Part shown: positions 36,447 through 47,171 of the stretch, piece by piece
How the letters are laid out: the number at the start of each line of letters is the position of its first letter
Position numbering within the stretch: the stretch's first letter is position 1
Position numbers and translations under genes: made by a program
The notes under the pieces: generated by a model
The model's database searches: none
The model's input: only the letters and a program-made list of their open reading frames with translations
What the model was told of the DNA's origin: nothing
Source: a virus
DNA length: 64,000 nucleotides
IMG/VR virus record: IMGVR_UViG_3300017989_000002
Direction: 5' to 3' (one strand)

Positions 36447-37742
36447 TCAGTAGAAGACCACGACGCGCGCTTCCTGGTTCTGCAGACTTGAGCCCACGGC
36501 GGCGGCCCCGCTGTAGTCCCCGGAGATGATCACGTCCTTGGCCGTCGGGTCGAAGAGGAGGAAGAAGTCTCCGCCGGCGTTCTGACCGGCGGCGAGCTCG
36601 GCGCTGTACCACTTCGTCTGGGCACCGTTGTAGGCAGAGCAGAGAGCACCCTTGAAGTTGTCGGCCACCTCGTCGGCCAAGGCGATCTCCGTGGGACCCG
36701 AGTTGTCGAGGATGACCGTGTAGTAGGCGGCGCGCAGGGGGCCATCACTGGCCACGTCGTCCGGTGTGAAGGTGGCGCCGTCGGAGGTGCCGAACCGGAC
36801 GCCGTTGACGGGGTCCAGGAGGATGGCGCGGTCCGTCGCGGTCTCCCGGACGACCACCGTGGCGCCCTCGTAGTGGATGTAGGTGTCGGCCCCCATCTGC
36901 AGAGCCTGCATGAGGAAGGCGCCTGCCGCAGAGACCCGGGCGTTGTCCGGCGTACCGGGGGTGCCCCACGTCTGGACGACCTCGCTGCCTGTCGCGTGGA
37001 CGACCTCCAGGGGCATCCCCGTGTCGACGACGATGCGCCGGTCGACCCCGAGGCCGAACTCGGTGTAGGACTCCTGCAGGTTGTTGCCCACGCCAGAAGG
37101 CCCCTGCGACCCGTTCAGGTTCATGAAGACGATGCGCTCGCCCGAGCTCGGGGTGTACAGCGGATCGAATGCGACCTCTCCTGGACTCCCTGCCGTCTCG
37201 GAGTAGTGCCGGCCCAACTCTTGGACGATGCCGCCGACCACGACGAGGAGCTGGCCCGTGCCCACCACATAGTCGAACCCGACGAGCACATCCTCGACTC
37301 CGGCAGAGACGACGACGTTGCGACTCACGCCCGGGCTGGAGGTACCCAGCCGGACCGTCTGCCCGTCGTCGATCACGGTGCCGTCGCGCCAATGCAGACG
37401 GTCGTCGGAGCCGCGGACGCAGAGCACGAAGATGTTGTCCTCGAGCAGGTCCGCGTCGTTCATGTTGGCGATGACGGGGGTCGCGGCGCCGCCGACCAGT
37501 CGGTTGATGTCGACGTAGACGCACTGATCGGACGAGACCGTGGCTACGCCTCCACCGTCGTTGACCGTCGCGATCCCGACACCAGGCAGGTAGAGCACCA
37601 GGTTGGAGGACCACGTGATGGTGCCTCCGGCCACCGAGGTGTCCCAGCCGATGAGGCCGCCGGCGGAGAGGGTGGCGTTGCGGTCCTGCCTCGTGTGGAA
37701 GCTGGCCTCGATGCCGTTGAGCTGGTCGCGGTTGATGCCCAT
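36447..37742 (-). CDS. Tail fibre/baseplate-associated protein, paralogous to 37742..40327
   Basis: Shares GG.I/LxW...TW...VYVD...DG...LG and Y.VG.G.L.V..G..Q modules with its neighbour. Confidence 0.7.
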   Translation of the reverse strand: MGINRDQLNGIEASFHTRQDRNATLSAGGLIGWDTSVAGGTITWSSNLVLYLPGVGIATVNDGGGVATVSSDQCVYVDINRLVGGAATPVIANMNDADLLEDNIFVLCVRGSDDRLHWRDGTVIDDGQTVRLGTSSPGVSRNVVVSAGVEDVLVGFDYVVGTGQLLVVVGGIVQELGRHYSETAGSPGEVAFDPLYTPSSGERIVFMNLNGSQGPSGVGNNLQESYTEFGLGVDRRIVVDTGMPLEVVHATGSEVVQTWGTPGTPDNARVSAAGAFLMQALQMGADTYIHYEGATVVVRETATDRAILLDPVNGVRFGTSDGATFTPDDVASDGPLRAAYYTVILDNSGPTEIALADEVADNFKGALCSAYNGAQTKWYSAELAAGQNAGGDFFLLFDPTAKDVIISGDYSGAAAVGSSLQNQEARVVVFY

Positions 37743-40327
37743 CAGGCGCTCCTGGCGGCGGCCGCAGCCGACGCGGTGGGCTCGTCGTAGCCGACCAGGT
37801 AGACGTCGGGGGACCCTGTGTACAAGGTGTCCGGTACGCTGATCTCGAAGGCCCCGTTACCGTCGAGGACAGCCTCGAACTCGAACTCGACGAAGTCCTC
37901 GTCGACGCGAGAACCGTCCTCGGTGCGCTGGGAGCCCATGACGGACGTGAAGCGCCGGTACCCCGGAGCCCCGGTGGCCCGCACGTACAGAGGCATCAAG
38001 TTCCCCCGGTCTGCCACGGGGTCGTTGGCTTCGATGCGCATCCGGAGTCGGACGACGGCTCCGGCCGTGAGAGGCAGGGATGGAGTGACGGGCTGCCAGG
38101 CGAACCCTGCGCTGGGCGTCCCGATGGCGGCCGAGAAGTTTGGCGAGACGTCCAGCTCCCGGCCCAGCGTGACCGTGCCTCTCTGCTTGGCGAATGGGTA
38201 GAGGTTCCCCGTCCCGTCGAACCAGGCGCTCGCCAGGAAGGCGTGCTGCGAGCTCGAGGGGTGGTGACCGTAGCCCACCGACCGGTCAGGAGCGTCGGCG
38301 GACCACAAGATCTCGGGCTCAGCCCCGTCGTGCGCGGCGTAGGCGTAGATCCAGTTGTTGACGACCGGAGGACCTCCGTAGTGCGGGTCTGCGGTGGAGC
38401 CCTCGAGCACGTTGTTGGTCGCGGTGGTCGCGTGCTGGGACGTGAGGCCTGCGCGGTTGAGGGAGCCTCCCGCCGCCCGGACCAGAGTGGAGCCGGGGCT
38501 CCAGACCACGTCGAAGCCCTGGAGCGCCTCCACGGCGTTCGCGGTCAGCGCCGCGTTCGTGCTCGACGGGTCGTGCAGCGCCTCCACCGAGTTCTCGATG
38601 TTCTCGGACAGGCCGACGATGTCGCGGAGACGCGCCGTGAGGTTGAAGAGCAGCTCGCCCGCAGTCGAGTCGTCCACCTCGAGGCCAGCGCCCGTCTTGA
38701 GGACGAGCGACCCTCCCTGAGCGCCCGCGCCACCTCCGTCCACCTCGAGGGAGACGACGTGTCCGCCCGAGACGGATGTGCGGATGCGGATGCGTCCGGA
38801 GTCGTACTCCACGACGATGCCGGTTCCGCCCTCCAGCTCCACGTGCCCGTCCAGGCGGTCGGCCGGGTCGCCGCCCATGACGCCGATGCTTTCGACCGGG
38901 CTCGGGCCGTCGCCTTGGACACCGATGAACGCCTCTACCCAGTCCCCATCTCCAGGCCAGGACCGCTCGGGGTCGTTGGCGTTGCCGTCGGTGGTGCCGT
39001 CGAGGGGGTCCGTGTCGCCGGACCACCGGGTCACCAGGCTCGTGTTCTCGTCGCCGTCGCGGTCTCCTGGGAGGATGTCGCGTACCCACAAGATCTGCGT
39101 ACCGGAGCCCGTGCCGTCGTCGTACTCGAGGTAGTCGTCGTCGACGGCGATGGTGCCCGTCAGGGAGCCGCCAGGCCACGCGCCGGACCACACGGCCGAG
39201 CTAGCCTTCTGCTTGACGCCGTTCCTGAACACCATCAGGGCGCCGGAGCCGACCGGGTAGGTGTTGCCCAGGTCCAGGAGCTGCTCTGCAGGGTTGGGTC
39301 CGTGATCGGCGTACCTCCACTGCAGGCCGGTGGCGGCGCCACCGAGGACGGCAGTGTCGCCGTCGCCCAGGGACTGGCCGTTCATCAGGTAGAGGCGGCT
39401 GTCCGTCGAGTGGTAGTAGGCGATGACGAGCTTGTCGCGGAGGCTGCCAACGGCAGCAAAGGCCGTCGCGTAGGCCACGACGGGTCGGAGGACCGTCGGA
39501 CCCGTTCCCACACCTCCAGTCCCGGGGTCTCGAGTGGAGAGGTCGACGTACAGGACCTCTCCAGGCTCCAGGTCCTCGTTCCCGGCCGCGATCACGTAGT
39601 CCGCGCTCTGGTCCGTGCCTGCAGCAGGCTCCGGCCCGGAGACCATGACGTGCAGGTCTGCGTCCCACGTCCACGTGCCTGTCGGAGCTCCAACACTCCA
39701 CTGCAGGGTGCCTCCTCCGATGAGCCGGAGGTTGTGGTTCTGGCCCTGCCGGCGCTGGACCTCCGTGAACTCCGACTGGAGGGCGTACTGGCTGTCGCGC
39801 CCGCGCTCCAGGGTGAGGCTGTGGTTCTGCTGGAGTCGGAGGCCGTCCGCGAAGATGACGGTGGAGCCGGAGCGGAAGGCCAAGAGGAAGATGTCGGCCC
39901 GGGTCTGCGCCCCCACCATGACGGTCCTGAGCGCCGTCATCGAGGCTGCGTAGGAGACCGTGACCGTCGCGCCGTCCGAGGTCTTGTCCAATACCAGGTA
40001 GGCCACGCCGCCGTCGTCAGGGAACGCCTGGCTGCCTCCTGCGACGACATTGGAGACGACCGCCGTCCCCATCTCCGCCCACCTCACCTGGAACTGGCCC
40101 GACCACGTGAGGGTGTTGCCTGCGTAGGACCACGTGGTGCCGCCCGTCAGGAACGAGTTGGCCGTGGCCTGCACGGCCCCGAAGAGCGCGTCGTCGTTGA
40201 CGGCGAGCCGCTCGAGCAGCCTGTTGATGCCCTCGCCGGCACCCAACGACCCGGACTTCAGCTCCTCGAGGAGCTGAACCCAGGTGTCTTCCGAGCCGAT
40301 CTCGGTCTTGAGCTTGAACGTGGTCAT
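37742..40327 (-). CDS. Tail fibre-like structural protein with internal domain duplication
   Basis: Beta-rich, Gly/Thr/Asp-rich; duplicated N-terminal module. Confidence 0.7.
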   Translation of the reverse strand: MTTFKLKTEIGSEDTWVQLLEELKSGSLGAGEGINRLLERLAVNDDALFGAVQATANSFLTGGTTWSYAGNTLTWSGQFQVRWAEMGTAVVSNVVAGGSQAFPDDGGVAYLVLDKTSDGATVTVSYAASMTALRTVMVGAQTRADIFLLAFRSGSTVIFADGLRLQQNHSLTLERGRDSQYALQSEFTEVQRRQGQNHNLRLIGGGTLQWSVGAPTGTWTWDADLHVMVSGPEPAAGTDQSADYVIAAGNEDLEPGEVLYVDLSTRDPGTGGVGTGPTVLRPVVAYATAFAAVGSLRDKLVIAYYHSTDSRLYLMNGQSLGDGDTAVLGGAATGLQWRYADHGPNPAEQLLDLGNTYPVGSGALMVFRNGVKQKASSAVWSGAWPGGSLTGTIAVDDDYLEYDDGTGSGTQILWVRDILPGDRDGDENTSLVTRWSGDTDPLDGTTDGNANDPERSWPGDGDWVEAFIGVQGDGPSPVESIGVMGGDPADRLDGHVELEGGTGIVVEYDSGRIRIRTSVSGGHVVSLEVDGGGAGAQGGSLVLKTGAGLEVDDSTAGELLFNLTARLRDIVGLSENIENSVEALHDPSSTNAALTANAVEALQGFDVVWSPGSTLVRAAGGSLNRAGLTSQHATTATNNVLEGSTADPHYGGPPVVNNWIYAYAAHDGAEPEILWSADAPDRSVGYGHHPSSSQHAFLASAWFDGTGNLYPFAKQRGTVTLGRELDVSPNFSAAIGTPSAGFAWQPVTPSLPLTAGAVVRLRMRIEANDPVADRGNLMPLYVRATGAPGYRRFTSVMGSQRTEDGSRVDEDFVEFEFEAVLDGNGAFEISVPDTLYTGSPDVYLVGYDEPTASAAAAARSA

Positions 40328-40347
40328 GGAGTCCTACAGCGAGACGC

Positions 40348-40800
40348 TCAGAGGGAGTAGACCTGGCCGGTGCTGGGGTTGCGGATGAACTTGCCGCCCT
40401 TGGCGCGCAGGGCCGCGGCGTGGCGCTGCAGGGCGGGGGGCGCGTCCGAGATGGGCTTGGCCTTGGCCTTCATGAGCTTGACGCGGACGTCGGCAGGCAG
40501 GGCGGCGAACTGCTGCGCGCGTCCGGCCGTGTGTGCGCGACGCGCGACGCTGGCCGTGAAGCGGGCCTCCTTGGGCGACAGCCGGTTCTGCTCGAGCTTG
40601 TAGCCTCCGACCGCGCCGGCGCCGGCGCCGACAGCCAGACCGCCGGCCAGGCCCACCTTGCCGCGGTGGCGAGAGGCGAAGGACTTGCCGCCCTTCCAGG
40701 CCGCACCGATCCGGTCCTTGACGCCGGCGAGCTTCTGCAGCTCATCGACCTGGGCTCGGGCCATGATGCGGCTGTACATGTCTTCACGGGTGGGGTTCAT
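40348..40800 (-). CDS. Basic Gly-zipper putative internal virion protein (DELQKLAG)
   Basis: GGAG RBS; AQVDELQKLAG then GLAGGLAVGAGAGAVGG. Confidence 0.7.
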   Translation of the reverse strand: MNPTREDMYSRIMARAQVDELQKLAGVKDRIGAAWKGGKSFASRHRGKVGLAGGLAVGAGAGAVGGYKLEQNRLSPKEARFTASVARRAHTAGRAQQFAALPADVRVKLMKAKAKPISDAPPALQRHAAALRAKGGKFIRNPSTGQVYSL

Positions 40801-40817
40801 GGGGGTCTCCCTGGAGG

Positions 40818-41420
40818 TCAGAGGCGAAGTGTGTAGCGGACCTGCAAGGCGAAGTCCGAGGTCTTGGTGAATGCACCGAAGGTCTTGCGAGCGAACACGT
40901 CCTTGTCCGGGCTTCGGTCAGACAGGATGACGAGCTCGCGGAAGGTCGTGTTCACCTCGGTCTGGTCGTAGACGAAGACGAAGGTGACGTAGGGGTTCGT
41001 GGGATCGAACTCGACCTCTGAGACCTGCTTCAGCGACGACGGAACAAGGGCGGCTCCCAGGCCAGTGTCGGCGGCGCTCTCAGTCGTGCCGTCCGTGCCG
41101 AGCTCGCACCACTGGATGACCACGTCGTTGTCGTCCGCCAGAGAGCCCGTGATGCCCGTGATGTCGGCGGGCACGAGCTTGCGCCGGATCATGTCTCGCC
41201 CGCCCGTGGGAGCGCTACCGCTGCCGTTCAGCAGAGACGTGACCACGTTGCGGCCGACGAAGGCGCGCTTGGCGACCTGCCCCTTCTTCGGGCCCGTGGC
41301 GTGGATGAGCCGGAACTCGACGTACGCGCGCGGCTTGAAGATGTCGACGAAGTCGCCGCCGACCTTCAGGAGCCCGCGCCACCACCTCACCATCGCGTTG
41401 TAGCGGTCTCGCAGGGTCAC
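40818..41420 (-). CDS. Baseplate/tail-collar attachment protein
   Basis: NVVT...ELGTDGT...DTGL...NTTFRELVI...FARKTF...KTSD, typical of tail-fibre N-terminal or collar-type domains. Confidence 0.65.
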   Translation of the reverse strand: MTLRDRYNAMVRWWRGLLKVGGDFVDIFKPRAYVEFRLIHATGPKKGQVAKRAFVGRNVVTSLLNGSGSAPTGGRDMIRRKLVPADITGITGSLADDNDVVIQWCELGTDGTTESAADTGLGAALVPSSLKQVSEVEFDPTNPYVTFVFVYDQTEVNTTFRELVILSDRSPDKDVFARKTFGAFTKTSDFALQVRYTLRL

Positions 41421-41602
41421 GGCTTCGGCTCCTGTACTGGAGATCGTACCTCCCCGCGGGGGGAGGAGTAGAGGGCAGGCCCTCGCTGGTCTCCCTTCAC
41501 GGGAATGAGACGAAGGTGGAGCGCCTCGGTTGAGGGGAGGTCGTCGACGAGTCCCTTCGTACCACGGAGGGATCGAATCAGCCTTCGGAGCTTGCGGATC
41601 AT
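41417..41602 (-). CDS. Small hypothetical protein
   Basis: Coupled by ATGA/GTGA overlaps on both sides. Confidence 0.5.
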   Translation of the reverse strand: MIRKLRRLIRSLRGTKGLVDDLPSTEALHLRLIPVKGDQRGPALYSSPRGEVRSPVQEPKP

Positions 41603-44600
41603 GGCTCTGGCTCCTCGACGGTGCTGCTCATGCTGGAGCCCGTGGCAGGGAAGAAGTCGGTGAAGTCCTGGCTAACCACGTCAGCCTCCTCTCTCCCGTC
41701 TGGGAGGTCCTGGGACATGGGGAACTGCGTCGTGTCACCCCGGTTGATGACCTTCGTGCCGGCGTTGGTCAACCCCGGGTAGTTCGCAGCGAGGGTGATG
41801 GTCAGGCCGTCTCCTGCATCGATGGCCAGGACCTCGACGGGCGGGTTGTCGTCCACGGGCGTCGTGCCCAAGGCAGGAACCGCCTGGATGTAGTCCCCGA
41901 CCTCGATGACGCCGCGCATGTCGTTGGTGCAGGGGACCGAGGCGGAGCCGTTCGTGAAGTCGAAGGTGCCATCGTACGCCTTGGCCGAGAGGTAGAGCAC
42001 GCACCCGTCGTACTCCTCCTCGATGGGCTGGATGAGGCTCACCTCGATCGTGTCCACGACCTCGTCGATCTGGTACCAGCGCCCGCGAGGGTCGCACAGG
42101 TACCTCTCCGTGACGGGGCCCACGGGACCGATGTCCGATACCGCATCGTCGAACTGCTGGATGAAGCTGTTGCCGAGGCCAAGCTCGTGGAAGTTGTCCG
42201 GCAGCAACGTCGTCCCGAACAGGCCGGCGCCGAGCGTGGCCACGAACTCCAGCTCCTCCTCGGGGCAGTTCTCGTCCTGCCAGTCGTAGTAGACGTTCAT
42301 GACTGCCAGGTCGATGAGCGAGAGGCAGTAGGTCCCAGGATCCCCCGTGAAGGTCTCGGCGAAGCGGAGGGAGTTGTCGTCCACGACGGTCGCGATCTGC
42401 CCACGTAGGAAGGCGTCGTTGACCGCCGCCCAGGGGTACCCGGTCCCGCTGAAGTCGAACGGGGTCTTCAGCGTGAGCGTGCTGCCCGAGACACCCGTCA
42501 CGAGACGCGTCTGACCACCGCACTGAACTCGCGCGCCGACCTGGACGTCGTCCATCGCGCCCGGCGTGGCGTCGACGAAGGAGAGGGAGCCGTCGACGAC
42601 CTCGCCCTCCGTCCCGGTGATGTACCGAGAAGCGGCCACGTACTTGCGCGACACCGCGCCTGGGCCGCCCACTTGGGACAAGAGGGCTCCGTCTACGCCC
42701 TCGACCAGAGGGAGCTGGGTGAAGCTGCCCGCCGGCTCCCCCCGCTCCTCGGAGACCCTGTAGTGGAAGCGGACGTGGAAGCCCTCGGCCCACACGCCCG
42801 TGGGGTCCCGGAGGGCGTCCGTGCCCAGCTGCACGGCCAGGTACCCGCCAGACGCCGGGGACGTGTTGGAGTCCGACGTCGTGCCTGCCTCAGGGCCCTC
42901 GTGGGAGTCGTAGCCGATGGCGTGTGTCTCGATGGCGGAGGCGGACGCTGCATCCACGTAGCCGTAGGCAGAGGCTCCGTCAGGCACGGCGAAGCTGGTC
43001 TTGTTGGCGGCGTTGTTCCAGACGTGCACCTTGGGAGAGGTCCCGAGCTCCACCCCAATCATGGAGTGCTTGCCCGCGCCGTTGGGAAGGCCGTTGGACT
43101 CCACGACGCCTATCCACGCATGGTAGCGGGTTGCGGGGTCGGGGCACGTCTCCACGACCTCGATGTACCACTCGATGCGGTTGTTGGAGCCCCAGAAGTC
43201 CGCCACAACGACGCCGTCGGAGTCCAAGATCTCGAGGATCCAGGTGTGCAACTGCTGGGTGTCGTCCGGGTACTTGCGGGTGAAGAACTTCGAGGCCGCC
43301 AGCCGCACGTAGTAGACGTCGTCGCCCTCATCCGCGATGTCGTCGCTCTGGCCAGAAAGGTCGGTGTCGAACTCGGTGATGGCGTCGGCCAGGTCCACGG
43401 TTCGCCAGTCCGACTCGGCAGACGGGTCGAGGTCCCACTTCCCGTCAAGGTCGGTGAGCCAGTCCCGGACCCCCGGGTTCTGGGGGTGGCGCTGGGTGCC
43501 CGCCGTGGTTGCCCAGGAAGGACCCTCCACCTGGTCGTAGCGCCAGTCCGTGACGTGCTGCTGGTAGTCGTAGCTGTCGTACCGAGGGATGGTGACGTCG
43601 CAGGGGAGGTCCCACAGCTCCAATTGGGCCACGAACTCCAGGGCATCGGAGATGTCGAGGTCATCGAAGTGGCGGCTCACCGCCAGGAAGTAGGCCTGCT
43701 TCCAGGTGGGCTTGATCCTCGAGAGGAACGATAGGGCGAAGGGCAGGGCTTCGAGGTCGGGGCTGTCTGCCTCTGCTGCGATCTCGAAGGAGTGGTACTT
43801 CTGGAGCTCGTGCACGTTCGCGTGGCGCTCGAACCAGAATGGGTCCGTGGTCCAGTCCACGACGTCGACGCCGTAGCAGAGGGGCTGGAACGTCGAGACG
43901 GCGTCGCCCACGGACAAGGGCGTGCCGATGGTCCGCGGGAAGGTGTAGTCGACGCCGGCGACGCGGATACGGGACAGCGCGCCCGTGTAGGTCAGCTCCA
44001 GCTCCTCCACGACGCCGTCCTGCCCGCTCACGGGAAGGCCCAGCAGCAGGTGAACTCCCGTGCGGATGGCGCCGCGCGCCGGCCCGCGGAAGTACGCGTA
44101 GTAGAGGCCTTGGAGCCGGAGCTTGTACGTCTCCGTGGAGTCCCCGTCGAGGCCGATGTTCCGTCCGTAGATGGAGGCGAGCAGGTGCTCGTCGTAGGCC
44201 ACGTGCTCGGCCCACACTCGGTCTGGAGGAAGCGTCTGGAACTCCAGGACCGTGCCGGTTCCGGGGTAGTGCAGGTGCACGTCCAGACCCCCCACCCAGG
44301 TCTGCGTCGCGTTCTTCACCTTGTCGACGAGGCTCGGAACCTCCCTGATGCGGTAGGGGGAGCTCGGGTCGAAGTAGGCCCACGCCGACGTCGAGCCTCT
44401 CATCTGCTGGTCCCACGCGGTGACGACGACGCCGAGCCCAGTCGTGTACTGCAGGGGGTACAGGTCGTCGACGAGGTCGCCTGACCGGACGTTCGAGGTC
44501 CCGAAGTACGCGAGACGATGGGCTGTGTCCCCCGTCCGTGCCTCTACGTCCAGGGTCACGCTGGCGACGAGGACCTCGCCACGAACGTCGAACTCGAGGG

Positions 44601-45561
44601 CCGCTGCGTCCGCCGGGAAGATGTAAGCCTGCACCGTGAGCTGATCGCCCGCGATGGAGGTGACGGGCGTCTCCTTGCCCTCGTAGACGACGAGGTCCCC
44701 CTCCACCACCCCGGCGCCCGCCCAGTCGAAGCCAGGGACCTCGACGCGGTTGACGTAGGGCAGGGACCCCGTCGAGGCGTCTGTCTGTCCTACAGACGTC
44801 GTGTACTTGAGCGCGCGGAGCTCCCACGCATCGCAGGACAGCGTGGCCGTGACCGCCTCGTATTCGTTGTCGATGCGGTAGCGAACACCGGGCAGCAGGA
44901 CGCCACCGCCCTGCTCGAGCACCACGGTCCCGCCGGTCCCTTCGTGGCCTGCGTACAGGACGGCCTGGTCGGTGTCTTCGTCGATGCGGCGCGTGATCCC
45001 GGAGTACAGACCGCCGTCGCCCTCCTCACCGAAGTAGCCGACGCGACACGCACCAGCCCTGTCCGAGCTCGTGTACAGGACCTCGTAGCTCCACCGCAAG
45101 GATGCCCTCTCGGACACCTCGGAGGAGAGGGCGAACCAGTGCGGTGTGGCGTCGACGCTCGTCCTCCACAGAGCCGTCAGGTCGCCGCTTGCGTACGAGT
45201 AGCGATCGGACGTGAGGCTCCGCCCGCCCGCTTCGGCAGGAGCCGGAGACTTGCTGAAGTCCAGGCGCTTCGTGAGGTCGAAAGCCACCCACCTCCGCGG
45301 CGAGAGGAGCGGGGTCTCGTCGAGACTCGTGGTCGCGTCCTGGATGTACGCCTGCAGGAGATCTCCAGCCCCGAGCTCGATCATCGCAGTCCAGAACTCC
45401 TCGATGATGTCGCGGTCCTCCATGTAGGCGTACGCGTCGTCGAGGAGCTGCCAGAAGATGGGCGTGTCTACGCGGTCCTGCTGTACAGGGTCGAAGTCCG
45501 AGGCGGCGGGCTGGACTTCGTAGACGAGGGCGCCGTCCACGGTCCCGAACAAGAGAGGCAT
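41599..45561 (-). CDS. Large baseplate wedge protein (P2 gpI-like core with insertions)
   Basis: YKLRLQGLYYAYFRGP..AIR and FLSRIKPTWK motifs; acidic beta-rich modules. Confidence 0.7.
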   Translation of the reverse strand: MPLLFGTVDGALVYEVQPAASDFDPVQQDRVDTPIFWQLLDDAYAYMEDRDIIEEFWTAMIELGAGDLLQAYIQDATTSLDETPLLSPRRWVAFDLTKRLDFSKSPAPAEAGGRSLTSDRYSYASGDLTALWRTSVDATPHWFALSSEVSERASLRWSYEVLYTSSDRAGACRVGYFGEEGDGGLYSGITRRIDEDTDQAVLYAGHEGTGGTVVLEQGGGVLLPGVRYRIDNEYEAVTATLSCDAWELRALKYTTSVGQTDASTGSLPYVNRVEVPGFDWAGAGVVEGDLVVYEGKETPVTSIAGDQLTVQAYIFPADAAALEFDVRGEVLVASVTLDVEARTGDTAHRLAYFGTSNVRSGDLVDDLYPLQYTTGLGVVVTAWDQQMRGSTSAWAYFDPSSPYRIREVPSLVDKVKNATQTWVGGLDVHLHYPGTGTVLEFQTLPPDRVWAEHVAYDEHLLASIYGRNIGLDGDSTETYKLRLQGLYYAYFRGPARGAIRTGVHLLLGLPVSGQDGVVEELELTYTGALSRIRVAGVDYTFPRTIGTPLSVGDAVSTFQPLCYGVDVVDWTTDPFWFERHANVHELQKYHSFEIAAEADSPDLEALPFALSFLSRIKPTWKQAYFLAVSRHFDDLDISDALEFVAQLELWDLPCDVTIPRYDSYDYQQHVTDWRYDQVEGPSWATTAGTQRHPQNPGVRDWLTDLDGKWDLDPSAESDWRTVDLADAITEFDTDLSGQSDDIADEGDDVYYVRLAASKFFTRKYPDDTQQLHTWILEILDSDGVVVADFWGSNNRIEWYIEVVETCPDPATRYHAWIGVVESNGLPNGAGKHSMIGVELGTSPKVHVWNNAANKTSFAVPDGASAYGYVDAASASAIETHAIGYDSHEGPEAGTTSDSNTSPASGGYLAVQLGTDALRDPTGVWAEGFHVRFHYRVSEERGEPAGSFTQLPLVEGVDGALLSQVGGPGAVSRKYVAASRYITGTEGEVVDGSLSFVDATPGAMDDVQVGARVQCGGQTRLVTGVSGSTLTLKTPFDFSGTGYPWAAVNDAFLRGQIATVVDDNSLRFAETFTGDPGTYCLSLIDLAVMNVYYDWQDENCPEEELEFVATLGAGLFGTTLLPDNFHELGLGNSFIQQFDDAVSDIGPVGPVTERYLCDPRGRWYQIDEVVDTIEVSLIQPIEEEYDGCVLYLSAKAYDGTFDFTNGSASVPCTNDMRGVIEVGDYIQAVPALGTTPVDDNPPVEVLAIDAGDGLTITLAANYPGLTNAGTKVINRGDTTQFPMSQDLPDGREEADVVSQDFTDFFPATGSSMSSTVEEPEP

Positions 45562-47171
45562 CAGACCTCCCGCGGGGTGGTGGCGAGCCGAGTCACGTGC
45601 CCTCGGACCCTCGTGGTCTTGAGGACCGTCTTCCGCGCGAGATCGACCTCGACGATGTTGGTGAAGTCGCCGTCGCGCACGGCCACGCCCAAGGTACGTG
45701 CCGACGCATCCCAGGCCAAGGCCATCACGTCGTTACCCGGCAAGATCGGGTACAGGTACGACTCGCCCGCCCCGTAGGCAGCCTCGCCGACGGCACCCTC
45801 CTCGATGCGGAACTGCATCACCCCGCCGTCCGTGGCCACGAACACCGTGTTCTCTTCGGGCCAGTGAACCATGTCTCGCACGTTCGTGACCATGCCAGCA
45901 GGCCAGGCTCGGACCGTGACCTCATTCAGAGCAGCGGCGGGGTCTTCCAGCCAGGAGGGGTCCTGCGTCCAGGCGAACCCTAGGGCCGATGAGAGGGCGA
46001 GGCCACTCGTAGGGAATCCGATGCCCATCAGCGGCTCGTGCACCTCGTAGTCATCGGAGAAGCCGAAGGGCGCGGCGTTGTGGACCTCGAGGTAGGTCTC
46101 CTGCACCGCAACCACCCGCTGTGTCCAGAGGTCCTGGGTCACGATCTTGTCGCCGACATTGAAGTGGTCTCGGAGGTCCACCGGAACTTGGTCTCCTTGC
46201 ACGGGCTGGTACAGGAACTCCATCCAAGGGACTCCAGGAGGAGGGAAGTAGTCCTCTCCCCGGTCCTCGAAGCCGGTCTGAAGGCCGAAGGGAGGCTGCC
46301 TCGCCTCCGTGTTCGAGTGCAGGTAGTTGGGCTGCCCGTCCGTCTTGGAGCGCGCGCGAAGAACGACGATCCCGTTGGATGACGAGAGGATGAACGTGGG
46401 CTCGTACGCATCCTCCCCGTAGTTGCGCGCCACCCGCATCGCGCTGACCTTGTAGGTCCGCAGCCAGAGGTATCCCTTGTTCTCTCCGGTGAGAGGGGTG
46501 CCCGTGCCTTGGAAGTCGGGCACCGGCCCGTCGTAGACGACCGAGCCCCGGTAGGTGGGGTCGTTGCGGTTCGTCATCCCCTGCCAGTAGAGCAGACCGC
46601 CCGGCAAGGTCCAGTAGACGACGTCGAAGCCGAAGTCGAGGGTCAGCACGCCGCGCGGCGTGCCCAGGACCAAGATCCCGTCGATGAAGTCGAAGTCCTG
46701 CACGGTCGAGGTCCAGCCCACCGGCCCGAGGGCGGTGCCGAGGCTGCCTCCCGCCAAGAACCTCATCCACACCTCGTAGTTCGAGGCGTTGATGATGCAG
46801 AGCTCTTCTCGCGTCGCAACGACGATGATGCGGCGGGGGAAGGACGCTGCGTCTCCCCGGTGGGGCCCCGCGGCCTCGAGGGCCCAGCTCGCTTCCGGGC
46901 GGGGGTGGCCGGGGTCCAGCTCGCCGTCGGTGTACCAGAACCCGTCGGCCCCGTACCCGCTGTAGTGCCTGTCCGGCCGACGGAATCGACTGGAGCCGGT
47001 GTCGTACGCCTTCACGAGCTGGATGCGGTCAGACACCAGCCTGGGGTTGCCTGCCGCATCGACCTTGGAGGAGTGCAGAGGCGTCTCCGGCGCGGGACCG
47101 ACGTCCTCGACGAGGGGCCTCGGGCTCAACGCGAACGGCGCGACATTGGTCATCCACGTCGAGATCATCAC
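45561..47171 (-). CDS. Beta-propeller-like structural protein
   Basis: ILVLGTPRGV, VFVATDGGV, LAWDASA blade-like repeats. Confidence 0.6.
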   Translation of the reverse strand: MMISTWMTNVAPFALSPRPLVEDVGPAPETPLHSSKVDAAGNPRLVSDRIQLVKAYDTGSSRFRRPDRHYSGYGADGFWYTDGELDPGHPRPEASWALEAAGPHRGDAASFPRRIIVVATREELCIINASNYEVWMRFLAGGSLGTALGPVGWTSTVQDFDFIDGILVLGTPRGVLTLDFGFDVVYWTLPGGLLYWQGMTNRNDPTYRGSVVYDGPVPDFQGTGTPLTGENKGYLWLRTYKVSAMRVARNYGEDAYEPTFILSSSNGIVVLRARSKTDGQPNYLHSNTEARQPPFGLQTGFEDRGEDYFPPPGVPWMEFLYQPVQGDQVPVDLRDHFNVGDKIVTQDLWTQRVVAVQETYLEVHNAAPFGFSDDYEVHEPLMGIGFPTSGLALSSALGFAWTQDPSWLEDPAAALNEVTVRAWPAGMVTNVRDMVHWPEENTVFVATDGGVMQFRIEEGAVGEAAYGAGESYLYPILPGNDVMALAWDASARTLGVAVRDGDFTNIVEVDLARKTVLKTTRVRGHVTRLATTPREV

